The translations under genes and the position numbers were made by a program. DNA of 64,000 nt. It comes from Styela clava. Taxonomy: Eukaryota. The stretch lies in assembly GCF_964204865.1 (NCBI RefSeq), contig NC_135252.1, positions 16,182,001 to 16,246,000 on the forward strand, written 5' to 3'. Under the pieces are notes generated by a model. That model saw only the letters and a list, made by a program, of their open reading frames with translations. It searched no databases and had not been told where the DNA came from. Shown here one piece after another: positions 13,345-26,758 of the stretch (positions are counted from its first letter, which is position 1; each line of letters starts with the position of its first letter).

Positions 13345-13623
13345 TCAATGCAGCAACCAGTTTGTTCATGTCGTCATCCGACAATTCGTCTTTGAATTCA
13401 TCCTTCGCATTCTCCAAAAATGCTTGAAACGAATCGATGTCCTATATACGAAATAATAACAGTAAGAAGACAAAATAATGAAAAATGATAGGCTGATGAA
13501 AGAAATAACAAAGGAGTTTGGAACAAGATGACCTAGCTTTTCAGTTAGGCCAGTTTTTCAATAGAATCACGATCCCATCCAAGAAGTCGAAGGCCGGCTT
13601 TAGCAATGCCGCCAAGTACTTTT
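13345..13623 (-). pseudogene. Inverted prepropeptide pseudogene fragment, copy D (exon 2 and truncated exon 3)
   Basis: KVLGGIAKAGLRLLGWDRDSIEKLA*LKS* has two stops; exon 3 breaks off after ALN; intron-1 homology continues to about 13950; no exon 1 or 4. Confidence 0.88.
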
Positions 13624-14333
13624 CTCTGAATAAAAATCTATTTTCTCCTTTACCAGCTAATATTCTGTTATCATTCAGATATAATTAGCCCGTTGAGGCT
13701 ACACTAGTGATACCACTAGTTGGTACGCTTTGACTATTCAATTTAACTAAAGGAATACTGGTCTTCTATTGCCAATTGGGCAACTTCCGAATGAAAGCTA
13801 TTGGGCTATTATACAGCAGATTTGTAGGGAAGGCGTACAGGGTGCGTGCTGTCAAGGAAGTGAAATAAATATGCTAAAACTTCTTCTTGTAAATAATCAT
13901 GAATCTTTAGTCTGATTAGAAAGGTGCGAATGTGTCGAATGAAATCTTTTGCTTTGAAATTGACAGTGGTTAAAGATTTTTTTGCTAGGAGGCTATTACT
14001 TTTATTTATTTCGAAAATTTCTGTGGGCTCCATGGAATTTTATTTTGTTTGCGCAGCTTGTGGCGGTTCCGCGTTCATGTTGGTTGCCATCTTGTGATGG
14101 GCCGGCGAAATCCAAATAACTGGGGTACTGCTGGTCTACTGTGACAAATTGCATACCCGTACTACCTCGTTTTGGCTTTCATGCCCATATATTTAAACAA
14201 TGCTCTCTTTTTTAACAACATGGAAATAGAAGCATTTTATCATATGTATAAATGAAATAGTATACCTCATATCAGAAATAAATGTCTGATATTTTTTTTT
14301 CATTCGCGTGATCAACTAGATCTGTTTTTTGAG

Positions 14334-14608
14334 TTTTACAAGGAACAAGTGCTATTGAAAAGTTGTCTTGCGTTTATTCAAGGTTACGCACTGTGCTAAA
14401 CTTTAAGCTAACACATGACATTGGTTGCGATGTAATCAACCATTAACTTCTTCATATTGTGACATTAGAGGTTTAAAGCAGGTTAGAAATTTCCTGGTTT
14501 CTTGAATTTCAAGCTGTTCCTTTTCCTTCCATTCATGACCAAACATCATTTCATACATCCTATAAAGATAGCGACGAGGCTTATAAAAGTGCACATTTCC
14601 ATTATACT
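14334..14608 (+). repeat. Diverged duplicate of the copy A upstream/TATA region (about 2429-2725)
   Basis: Shared blocks cgtttattcaag, actgtgct.aactttaagcta, gtttaaagcaggtta, catacatcctataaa, tataaaag. Confidence 0.75.
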
Positions 14609-15595
14609 AAAAAAAACGTGGTAATATACATGGTATTTAGCAAAAATATGAGGCAAAATATTACGAAATATTTTTGTTGAACGAAAATAAATCGAACATG
14701 CTTTGAATAGTTTCCAGAGTAAATTTAAGTTTTGAGGTACATGAGCGGAACTTTGTTCTTGAGCATTTTTAACAAGTAGACGAAAATTCCTGCAATACAA
14801 TTTCTGTAATTGTTTATATATGTAGATATATATAGAGAGAGAAATGTTTGTTTGTAAGTTTTAAATCAGACGTTCGTCGAATTTTAGCAGGTTCAAGGTT
14901 ACACTTGAATTGGCTCCTTATAGAATATACGTGCCATCTTATATAGATGCGGACTCGCTGTCAGTTTTGATCAAAATCACGTCAATCACGAGATCCAGTT
15001 GGCTGCTTTGTTGCTAATAAAAATATTTGGCTGATGACAGCCAAAAAAATATAATTCAGCATTAATCAGGATTCGATAGTTTGGTAGATTTTTTTTGAAA
15101 ACTGAACCGAGCGCATTTAAATGCGCTTTAAAAAAAGGACAAACAACAACATTACGAATGGGATTCACGACACATTTCCATCCAGGCGAGAAGCTGCTGA
15201 AAATAGTAAACGAATTACATTCAAACCGTATGTTAGCCTACAAGCCCAATATTGTTGTGCATTCAACTTCCAATCATTGGAATTTCCATGAAATTCGCTA
15301 CTAAAGTTATTTTTGAGTTCACGAGCATATGGTTTTATATATTTAAATTAGCAAATATTTTTTAAACTGTAAAGCATATGTCGACGGGGAATAAATAATT
15401 TGCTGTTTATAGATGCCTAGAAAATCGTGTTGCAGTAGAAGCGTGCTGCTGAGGAAACGCCCGTTAGAAAAAAGTGTATAAACTCGAAGAATTTGTTGAG
15501 AATCATATTGAAGCGAATCTACACTCAGAAGACGTTTAGGGTAATGGGGGGAAATGAGTACTTATTTGTCTATCATTTAAACGATTCATCTAGTA

Positions 15596-16906
15596 CAGTG
15601 TTTCCCAAACTTTTTTCTGACAGCGCCCCCTTAGACGACTTTTTAAGTAGCAAACGCCCCCCTGACAAAAAAGTCGAAGCAACTTTATTCTCCATTTATC
15701 ATTAGTATATTGTGAAAGTTGAGCCTGGTGAAATACCACCAGCTTGATAATATCTGGCTTCATTTGAGTTAAAAACAGTCTTGAGTTTCGTCTGACACTG
15801 TCAAGGGAATCGCTCTTGACATGTAAAAGCGCGGTCACTGCACTAAATACACGCTCCACCATGAATGAGCTGGCAAGAGCAATTGAAAAACTTTTGACGG
15901 GTCTCACACGTGGGGATATTTCAATTTGATTCTGTTGCAAAAAAAAAGGAACACTGAAAGACTTGAACATGGGTTTGAATTATAAACCCAGTAACCCAGT
16001 ATAAACCCATAAACTTCTGTTTGCGTATGATTATACTTGGAAGTTTTGCAAAATTTTCAACCACTCACTTAGTTTTTTGCCGAAGCGCACCTTCTGCTGT
16101 TGGGACATGAAAATTAAAGAATTCAAACGGTGAATACAGAACATTACGTGGTTGTGCCAAGAAAAATCTGGACATGATTTGAGGGATTGATAGAGATGAC
16201 CAGCAGTAGTTCCAGCATGACCCCTCATATATCAAATCAGACGCTTGCTTTCTTGGAAGAAAAGTCAGCAATGGCATCCCGTGGGCACCTCAATTATCGG
16301 AATGAAACCTCTCAGATTCTGATATGTAAGATGTTCGAAGGACAATCCTTAAACGATTGGTAAACACAAGGCTGCAATTGCAGAAATAAAATAGAGAAAA
16401 ACCCAAAGAAGAGTGATTGACAATGTTCCAAGAAGAATGCAATTTTTTTTAATGTCGAGAAGAGCATTTGGAACATCAACATAATTTTTGTGCAAAACGT
16501 CCTAGATTCTCCGACAATTTTTGGGTACAAACATACGCACACAGAAGTTCAAGTGTAGACAAAATGAAACAATTCACTCCATTTCGTAGAAGTAATCGAG
16601 AAATTGATGGTTCCGTTTTTTGGGATCACGCTGTATAATACTGTTTTTAATATAAATCAGTTAAAAATGCTGCTTAAGCGAGAAGTTTCCAACACCGAAA
16701 TCACAAGCAAACTTGTTTGAACCAAAACATAGGAGTAAATGACATAAATTATCACACTTCTTGCGAGCTCCCGTATTGATGTCAGCGCCCCCCAATCGCC
16801 CAGTTTGACAGAAAGCGCCCCCCAATTGCTCAAATCGCCATCAACGCCCCCTAAGTTATCATAAACGCCCACAAGGGGGCGTTTTCGCCCACTTTGGGAA
16901 CCGCTG
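15596..16906 (-). mobile_element. Internally deleted Buster/Charlie hAT transposon in the 5'-UTR intron of copy E
   Basis: TIRs cagtgtttcccaaa / tttgggaaccgctg; TSD atcTAgta / gtcTAgta; subterminal cgccccc repeats; minus-strand remnant SSFMVERVFSAVTALL...RLFLTQMKPDIIKLV..HQAQ resembling the Buster transposase C-terminus. Confidence 0.88.
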
Positions 16907-17255
16907 GTCTAGTAGATAATAAAAATTTGGCTTTTGGTTTTCAATTTTTTTCAGCTTTTATGCTCCCCGTGTTCGATTTGATGCGCATATCGCGACACAT
17001 TGAGAAATGTCTCACCCACGATTGTTCAACCACTTGTCTGATTACATACATGAAAGTTTGATATTCTCTGTTTTACTAAAAACGGACGCCATGTGTTTGA
17101 TTTTGTAGCGGTGGAATGTTGTCCTTCAAGTTGATACCTGCGCACTATATTTGCACTACAGAAAGAATTGAAAAACGTAGAAGAATACGATCGAAAAATA
17201 AGGTATATTCAGAAACTAGAAACTATAACTTGATATTACATTATATATTTCATAG

Positions 17256-20200
17256 ATGAATTTCAAGTTTCTCGTTCTATTGCTCCTTGTTGCTTTGTTA
17301 GCAATTCAACACGGTGATTCCTGGGGTCGGAGACGACGCCGGGGAAAGAAACGTAGAGGATGGCATACAGCAGGGTAAATATCATAACAATTGAATCCAA
17401 AGTTTATATAATACAGTGGTTCCAACCTTTTATTATATCGCGGCACGCTATTGAGCACTTTAAATAATCGCGGCACTCCTATCTCAAAACATGAACTTTT
17501 CTACTCTTAAAGCCAGTTTGCTATAAAATAAAAATAAACAAAGAAGATCAGACAAAGGGTATTTTATTCATGTGAGTACAAAATACCCTGTATTTAGTAA
17601 CAGGTATAGAGAGACATATATCTAACTCTCTGAGAGAAACACACTTTTAACGCAGGCGAGGGGACTCCAATAATTTCGTCTATATTTAAACACATCTTGT
17701 TTCCGCTTTACAAAATAAACATTACTGAAAAATACGATAGTCGAGCGCGAATGGTTAATAGTTTCCGATACTATAACTATTTTCTTACAATAATGTACAC
17801 GAGAGCGCCTTCGGAGCACCTCACATTATTGTATAAGATAAGCGGCCTCGCGGGTAATATGTGGTCTTCAAACGCACCGTCAATCACGCGCTTCGGTTTT
17901 GCTGGCCCTACCCCGCTCCACGTTACGCCCTTAATATTATCAGGTATTCTTACTTTTACACAATCTTTGCACAATTCTTTTTGTTGCAATCTGATATATT
18001 TCTCCCATTGACAAAATCATTCAAGTCAATTCAATCAATTCAAATTATAGTCAGCACTTGCGAGAGAAATGAAATGCCCGAGCATATATCGATGGTAATG
18101 ATATGTCGAAACGCCTATTCGACTTTTTAGAACGCAAAAACTATTCGAAAAACGTAACACAGTACGCAGTACAGTCTTTGCACAGTAATTTGTTTCCTTG
18201 TTTGACATTTTTAATTTTACGAAACGGTGTTGGCGCTCTTTATGCTAAACTAAGAATTGAAAAATACCCAAATTCGACTCCTCAAATATGTCGTTTCTGT
18301 TTGTTAGGAAGAGCCGTGGGGTAATTCTCGCGGAATTCAAGAGATTGGAGATCAAAAATGAAATCTCTTCGCGGCACACCAATGTGGCACGGTGGTTGGG
18401 AACCACTGATGCAATGTATATAACAATATTGCCAATTAAAATGCCGGGATGACACTTATTTGTAGTATAAATATGGCTCTAATTTGATTGGTCAGTAGGA
18501 GTTAACATTCTTTATGTATACGTCTTATTGAGGACGTAACTCAAAACAAAAGAAATAAAACATTTTTGCGTCGTTTTCAAGCTTGATATATGCTTGTCCG
18601 AGTGTTTGTGACCCCCCCGTTGCGCGTCCAATACCACCCCGTTGCGCGTCACTTTTTTTTCGCATATTTTCAATTCTGCGAGTTTTATATCTGTAAGTAT
18701 TTGAAAACAAAGAAATATACAGAGGAATATGTTATTACTTGAAAGAAACTAATTTGAGCGAGCGAGCAATCGTTCTCGGCGCGTAAACAAGGTAGTAATC
18801 ATTACCCGCACAATAATAAACAAACAAGGATCGCGTTCGCTCGAAACTGTTGGCGAAAACATGCTCTCTTTGTATCTTGAATATTTTGCGTTGCGTTTCG
18901 CTCCAGAATGCCACTCTTATCTCGTTTGAAAGACGACGATCTTCTCCATTTTTGGGATATTAGATGTCGAGTCCATCTGGCTTGTATTTATCACTCCGAT
19001 TTGAAATACAGAACTTTTTTCAAATTTTTTTTTCACATCTCTCGTTTCAACGCAACGGGGTTGAGACAAACGTGCTCGTGTCTCGAGAAACATTTTGTAT
19101 GAAGCGACGTAGATACTCTTTCAAAAGAAATCGCAGTGAGGTCTCTCGCACGTAAAGTAGTGACATTTTGTAGAAGGGGGATTTTTTTTCAAAGAAGAGT
19201 TGGTTTTAGAGGAAAATATTGACAATTTATTAAAGTGTGCACTAGTTAAATTCGATCACATAATTAGTTTACACCTATTTGTTATATTTTTGATCATAGG
19301 TTTTCGAAAAAAGTTTTTCTCAACACATTTGCAACATTTCCAATCAGACTAAATAATTATGATTATTTACAAGAACAAGTTTTAGCATATTTATTTCTTG
19401 ACAGCATAGGCCATATATTTCTGTCCCAGAAATCTGTTGGTTACTAACCCAATGGCATTCTTTCGAAAGGAAATACAAGACCAGAATTCCGTTGGTAAAA
19501 CTGGAAAGATAGAGCGTACCCATATTAGTATCACTGCTTTAGAATTAACAAGATAATTATCTCTGAATGATGGTGAAATATTAGCTTATATTGAAACAAC
19601 AAAATGATTCTTATTTAGAAAAGTAGTTGGCGGCATTGCTAAAGTCGGTCTCAAATTTATTCCATGGGATCGTGATTCTTTGGAGAAACTGGCCTACCTA
19701 AAAAGCGAGGTTATCTTTTTTACACTTATTTATTTTTTATTATTTCCTTTATCATCTTATCATTTCGTCGTAATATTGTTATTTATCTGTATATAGGACA
19801 GCGACTCGTTTCAAGAATTTTTGAAGAATGCGAAGGATGAATTCGAAGACGAATTGTCGGATGACGACATGAACAAGTTGGTTTCTACATTAAATGCAGT
19901 CTCTGGAATGAATCTGGGTAAAATGTTTTATTAACAACAGAAAAATGTAGTTGAAACCAGCACTTGTTTATTTTCAATGTTTCGCTATTCTTATCGATTT
20001 CACTATTCTTATAACACGAATTAAAAAAATTATATCGATATCGATGCAATTGGTGCATTTTCCATAATAATTGCCGTCACGAGACAGATTTCCAATATCA
20101 TATTACTTACATATATTACCTCGTATTAAACAATGCTCCAACCACTCGTAAATGGGTTTATTCGCGCTGATTGATTTATTTCTTCTTGTCGTTTAACAGA

Positions 20201-20321
20201 CGAAATTGAAGAGTATGCTCAGAATATGAGAAGCAACGATGTAGAAGTTAATGAAAGCTTAAAGCAAGCTACTGACCAACTCCGTGAGGAATTACTCCTG
20301 AAAACCGCAATGATGCGATAA
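17256..20321 (+). CDS. Cationic prepropeptide, copy E (150 aa; exons 17256-17374, 19619-19709, 19797-19917, 20200-20321)
   Basis: Core WGRRRRRGKKRRGWHTAGKVVGGIAKVGLKFIPW; splice sites and frame intact; intron 1 expanded to 2244 nt by insertions. Confidence 0.88.
17414..18408. mobile_element. hAT (Charlie/Buster-like) non-autonomous element in copy E intron 1
   Basis: Termini cagtggttccaacc / ggttgggaaccactg; subterminal cgcggcac repeats; degenerate 8-bp TSD (atataata / atgcaatg); absent from paralogous introns. Confidence 0.78.
18438..19214. mobile_element. Unclassified insertion in copy E intron 1
   Basis: Absent from the introns of copies B and C; flanked by aatattgccaatt / aatattgacaatt direct repeats. 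Confidence 0.5.
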
Positions 20322-20785
20322 ATGAGTTCCGATGCAAAAGATTTGGCCATATTGTTTCTGAAATCTAGCGAAAGTTATACTATAGTATTTTTCTTTATCT
20401 AGTTATTTGAATTAGTTGAAGCGTCTTACATTGCGGATTGATTCCGACAATAAATAAATAACTAAGCGGAATTTGTCTGATATTATTTCATTTATTTGAA
20501 GGGTGTGGCATAAAAGACTTGCCTGCATTCGGCTTGCTTATGTTTGCTGGATATACATCGTCGAACCTTTATCAGGAGAGTTCTGTAAGCAGTCTGCTCG
20601 CATGTCCCAAGGTTTCGACTCACTCGCGTGTTTTTCTTTGAAAACTCTAGAATCTGACTGACTGAATCATTCTCATGGATAATATTGATCAATACATATT
20701 TATTCACACATTACCTATTTTTCAAATATTGATCATTTCAATCGAATGTTCAATAGACAATGAAAAATGATGACAATTTTCTACG

Positions 20786-20887
20786 TTAATAGTAACTCAT
20801 ATTTCATGGGTATTTGTACTCCTGCAGTACGCTAGATTCCATATCACCAGCATCTTCATCAGTGTCTATCTAAAACAGCACACGCAC
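20786..20887 (-). pseudogene. Relic of GIY-YIG exon 2, downstream of copy E
   Basis: VRVLF*IDTDEDAGDMESSVLQEYKYP*NMSYY*; adjacent sequence (about 21110-21210) matches the intron of the intact gene. Confidence 0.8.
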
Positions 20888-23307
20888 CTAAAACATGAAA
20901 TTACCTATTACATGCAGCACCATCTGGCAGCAATGCTCTTCTCGCCAAAAAGATAAATTAGTTTTACTTTATTTTTAACAAAGCGTGATATAAAAATTGA
21001 GAAGCTTCATAGTCCATTGATATTTTAAATAAGTTATTATCGACAATGCCTTGAATAAGCGTTGATATCACGACTTCCGTATCGAACGTTAGAGACATTA
21101 TTTCTCAGACAGGCATGTAGAAACCTAAGATGTAGAATTGCAAGTAAGAAGTCTCTCGGCATACACGTGGAAAAATAACGGCAAGGGTTGTAAATAGTCA
21201 ATGAAACCACAAGCCACATTTTGTGTTTGTGATACTATGTGCTAAAGATGACACCTGTGCTCAAATTATTGCCCTGATATATAAATTTACTATCCACCTT
21301 GTTTTCAACGCCAATTTCGGTCTTTAAAGCTGTGTCTACACTATATATTTTACTTCTCGCTGGTCAAAATTTTTTTTTATATGTTTTAGCGGAATTATTC
21401 GTGCTTTATTTTCATTCTATATTTTATCGTCGAAAGCTTATCTCCAGCAAAACAGAAATGTGTTAGAAATATTTGAACCATAATTTCAAATGATCACCTA
21501 AATCAAGCCATATTCAACGTATAATATAGACGTACATTGTGAAAGATACAAAAGAAGTGAAAACGTATGGATTTCTGGTCCCTGTCACAGCAATTGGGTG
21601 TTATTTATTTTTCCGCTAAAGCTCAGAATTTTCTAAATAAAAATTTTTTGAATAAGCATTCCACTGAATAAGCATTATTTTGTAATGACCCACAATTTGT
21701 CAGGCCAACAAGTTGACGAAATTCTCTTAAAGCTTTGCGCATTTCTTTGCGTCTTATGAATAATATTTCAGCGGATGTTTTTTTTTTTTTTGAATCTCAG
21801 TTCATTATTGATAAAGCCGATTGATTAGTCAGTCATAACTTCATGCTAGCAGGTTTGTATTTTTCACAAAATATTTATGCTTTCATCATGTTATTTCAGA
21901 TATATCATATGGATATTCCAGCTAGGAACGAGTGAAATATCATCATGTCTAGCCATCATCAATATTAAAAGTTGGTATTAATAATTCTACACGTGCAGTC
22001 GATTGAAGCACAAGTTAGGTATTTGGTCAAATCCTAGTTATTTAGGCTTTTCTTCATTACGTAGGGACACCATTACTTTGCACTAGTGCTAGGAAATGTA
22101 ATGACAGCGGTTGGCTATCTAATTAAACTAATTGTTACTGGCTTACTGCCATCTAATATCTTTGAATTGTAGAAACTTCTAATCACTGCCAAAACAAATG
22201 GAACGATGCAAAAAATTATCTACATTCATGTTAATTCAATCATATATTTCACAGTAATTCAATAAATAGTCTTGCTGCACACTAACACAAATATATTTCT
22301 GTAACGTTTCGTCTGACCACGGTCAAACTTCCTCAGACATACATATTTCAACCCAATCGATAGCATATATTTCACAACTTGAAACAAAATACATTTGTCA
22401 CGTTCTGTCTTCAGTAAACTCTCATTTTTGAGTGTTCCAATGTCACGATATCAAGCTTTTTAGAATCGAAACTGAAACACAAAACAACAACGTTACGAAT
22501 GTGATTCACAACAGTTTTTATCCAGACGAGAAGCTGATTAAAATAGTAAACGAACTACATTTAAAACGTATGTTAGCCTACAAGCCCAATATTGTTGTGC
22601 ATTCGACTTTCAATTATGAGATTTTCATAAAATTCGCCACTAAAGTTATTTTTAAGTTAACAAGCATATGGTTTCATATATTTATATTAGAAAATATTTC
22701 TTAAACTGTAAAGCATATGTCGACGGGGAATGAATAATTTGCTGTTTATAGATGCCTAAAAAATTTTTTTGTTATAAAACTATTCAAAATCGTGTTGCAG
22801 TAGTCAAGCTGTTGGGGAAAACGCCCATTAGAAAACGTATATAAACGCGAAGAATTTGTTGAGAATCACATTGAGCCGTATCTACACTCAGAAGACGTTA
22901 AAGGTAAGGGGTAAATCTGAGTATTTATTTGTCTATCATTTCTTAAACGGTTCGTCTTGATGATGAAAATTGGCTTTTTGTTTTCAGTTTTTTTTTTCAG
23001 CATTTCAGCTCCCCGTGCTCGACTTGATGCGTAGATCTTGGCGCATTGAGAAATGTTTAACCCCAGATTGCCCCATCAATGAAAACATTATCTGATTACA
23101 TACATGAAAGTTTATTGCTCTTTATTTTACCAAAACTGACGCCGTGTTTATTATTTTTAACCGTGGAATGTTTTCCTTCAATTTGATATCTCCGCACTAT
23201 ATTTGCACTACAGAAAGAATTGAAGAACCTAGAAAATTACGTTATAAAAATAAAGTATATTCAGAAACTAGAAACTTTAACTTAATATTACATTATGAAT
23301 TTTATAG

Positions 23308-24254
23308 ATGAATTTCAAGTTTCTCGTTCTATTGCTCCTTGTTGCTTTGTTGGCAATTCAACATGGTGATTCCTGGGGTCGGAGACGACGCCGGGGAAAG
23401 AAACGTAGAGGATGGCATACAGCAGGGTAAATTTTTTTTTAATTGAATCCCTCGTTGACAGTCTATGAATTGTGCACTAATATTATCTGGTAATAAAACA
23501 AAATGACTTTATTCAGAAAAGTACTTGGCCACGTTGCTAAAGTTGGCCTTCGACTTCTTCGGTGGGATCGTGATTCTTTGGAGAAACTGGCCTACCTGAA
23601 AAGCGAGGTTATCTTTTTTTGAACTCGTTTATCTTTTATTATTTCTTTTATCGTTCTATCTTTTTTTATCATTTTGTCATATAACTGTTATTTATTTGTA
23701 TATAGGACAGCGCCTCTTTTCAAGAATTTTTGGAGAATGCGATGGATGAATTCAAAGACGAATTGTCGGATGACGACATGAACAAATTGGTTTCTGCATT
23801 AAATTCAGTCTCTGAAATGAATCTAGGTAAAATGTGATATAAACAAGAAGAAAATGCCTTATTACATCCTGTAGTTGAAACTAGCACTTGTTTATTTTCA
23901 ATGTTTCGTTAATTTTATTGCTTTCATTATTCCTTTAGCAACAATTTAAAAAATCATATCGATATCTACAAATGCAATTGGTGCATTTCCCATACTAATT
24001 GCCATCCCGACACAGATTTCCAATATCATATGACCTATTACTTAGATATATTACTTCGTATCAACAAAGTTCCAACCACTCGAATACAGGTTTATTCGCG
24101 TTAATTTATGTATTTTTCCTTGTCTTTTTAAACAGACGAAATTAAACAATTTGCTCAGAATCTGAAAAGCAACGACGTAGAAGTTAATGAAAGCTTAAAG
24201 GAAGCTACTGATCAACTCCGCGAGGAGTTACTCCTGAGAACCGCAATGATGTGA
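23308..24254 (+). CDS. Cationic prepropeptide, copy F (149 aa; exons 23308-23426, 23517-23607, 23706-23826, 24136-24254)
   Basis: Core WGRRRRRGKKRRGWHTAGKVLGHVAKVGLRLLRW; 90-nt intron 1; terminal CGA changed to TGA so it ends AMM*. Confidence 0.9.
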
Positions 24255-24858
24255 TAAGTTCCGAAAGCCGCTCTACTAATTCATATGACAAGATAATAAG
24301 TTTGCCAGCTCTCATTCAAAATACGTCATGAATATCTACAACTGGAAAACAGGAAAAATTCGAGACGACAATTCTACATGTGTGTGTGCCATGTTACTTT
24401 GATCAAAAATTTGGCCATATTGTTTCTGAAATCTAGCAAAAGTTATGCTATAGTATTTTTCTTTATCGTGGTATTTGAATTAGTTGGAGCGTATAACATT
24501 GCGGATTGATTCCGACAAGAAATAAATAACTGTGCGGAATTTGTCTGATATTATTTCATTATTTAAAGGGCGCTGCAAAAAAGACAAGCTTGCATCCCTC
24601 TGCTTACGTTTGCTGGAGATCCTCAGTCGAACCTTTATCGGGAGAGTTCTGCAAGCAGCTTGCGTGCTTGTCTGCGCCCCCTAGGTTTTAACTCACTCGC
24701 GTGTTTTTATTTGAAAACTCAAGAATCTGACTGACTGAATCATTCTCATGGATACTATTGATCAATACATTTTTATTCTTACATTACCTATTTTTCAAAT
24801 ATTGATCATTTCGAACGAATGTTCAATAGACAATGATGAATAATGACAATTTTCTACG

Positions 24859-24944
24859 TTAATAGTAACGCTTATTCCATGGGTATTTGTAACACTCCTG
24901 CAAGATTCCATATCGCCAGTGTCTATCTCATACATCACACGTAC
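24859..24944 (-). pseudogene. Relic of GIY-YIG exon 2, downstream of copy F
   Basis: VRVMYEIDTGDMES... with internal deletions and a frameshift before the KYPWNKR-equivalent sequence. Confidence 0.7.
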
Positions 24945-26748
24945 CTTAAACATGACTTTATCCATTACATGCAGCACTATCCGGCAGCAATGCTTTTCAT
25001 CAATTTAGTTTTCTTTTATTTCTAACTAAGCGTGATATCAAAATTGAGAAGCTTCATAGTCCATTGATATTTTAAATAAGTTATTAGCGACAATGCCTTG
25101 AATAAGCGTTGATATCACGACTTCCGTATCGAACGTTAGAGATATTATTTCTCAGACAGGCATGTAGAAACCTAAGATGTAGAATTGCAAGTAAGAAGTC
25201 TCTCGGCATACACGTGGAAAAATAACGGCAAGGGTTGTAAATAGTCAATGAAACCATATTTGTGTTTATGATACTATGTGCTAAAGTTGACACCTGTGCA
25301 AAAATTATTTCCCTGATATATAAATTTACTATCCACTTTGTTTTCAACGTCAATTTCGGTCTTTAAAGCTGTGTCTACATTATATATTTTACTGCTCGCT
25401 GGTCAGAAGAAAGTTTTATATGTTTTGGCGGGGTCATTCGTGCTTTAATTTCATTCTATATTTTATCGTCGAAAGCTTACCTTCAGCAAAACAGAAATGT
25501 GGTAGAAATACTTGAACCATAATTTCAAATGATCACCCAAATCAAGGCATAATCAACGTACAATATAGACGTACATTGTGAAAGATACAAATGAAATAAA
25601 AACGTATGGATTTCTGGTCCTTGTCACAGCAATTTGGTGTTATTTATTTTTCTGATAAAGCTTCGAATTTTCTAAATAAAAGAATTTGGAATAAGCATTC
25701 CACTGAATAAGCATTGTTTTGTAATCGTACCACAGTTTGTTAGGCCAACAAGTCGACGAAATTCTCTTAAAGCTTTGCGCAGTTCTTTGCGTGTTATGAA
25801 TATTCCAGCGGATTTCGTTTATTTTTTTGGATCTCAGTTCATTGTTGATAGAGCTGATTGATCAGTCAATCATAACTTCACGTTGGCAGGTTTTTATTTT
25901 TCACAAAAGATTTATGCTTTTATCATGTTATTTCAAATATTTGATATAGATATTCCAGCTAGGAACGGGTAAAATATCATCATGTCTAGGCATCATCAAT
26001 ATTAAAAGTTGGTATTAATAATTCTACACGTGCAGCCGATTGAAGCCCAGTTAGGTATTAGGTCAAAGCCTTGTTATTTAGGCTTTTCTTCATTACGTAG
26101 GGACACTATTACTTTTCACAAGTGCTAGGAAATGTAATGGCATCGGTCGACTAACTAATTGAACGAATTGTTACTGCCATTTACGATATTCAAATTGTAG
26201 AACAAAAGCAACGGTGTGAAACTTTATCTACCCTTATGGTAAATCTATTATGTATTTCACAACTTAAAACCAAATACATTTGTCACGCTCTGTCCTCGGT
26301 AAACTCTCATTTTTGAGTCTTCCAATGTCACGATATTAACTGTATAGTCAATATATAAAGTTTTCCAATGTCACGATATCAAGCTTTTTGAAATCGAAAC
26401 TGAAAGACAAAACAACAACATTACGAATGTGATTCACAACACATCTCCATCCATGCGAGAAGCTGATTAAAATAGTAAACGAAGCCGTTTGGCGGTTGGA
26501 CGAGCAACTATTTATACGATTATTCACATCATCGTTGAGTAATTTCACCGCTTGTGCGATGTAAAATTACACATACTATTGCATATTCCAATGTCACGAT
26601 ATCAAGCTTTTTGAAATCGAGACTGAAAGACAAAACAACAACATTACGAATGTAATTCACAATAGATTTTATCCAGACGAGAAGCTGAGTGAACTCCACT
26701 CAAAACGCATGTTAGCCCAATATTGTTGTGCATTCGACTTTCAATTAT

Positions 26749-26758
26749 GGGAATTTCC
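26749..26758 (+). promoter_or_regulatory. NF-kB consensus site upstream of copy G
   Basis: GGGAATTTCC matches GGGRNYYYCC; same aligned position in other units (aggaatttcc 5851, tggaatttcc 15279, gggaatttcc 35970). Confidence 0.5.

Noticed and set aside
21037-21219. Recurrent ORFs containing CRYFSTCMPRDFLLAILH (also 25084, 31674)
   Set aside because: They correspond to the duplicated intron of the GIY-YIG relic; the frame is not conserved in the intact gene.
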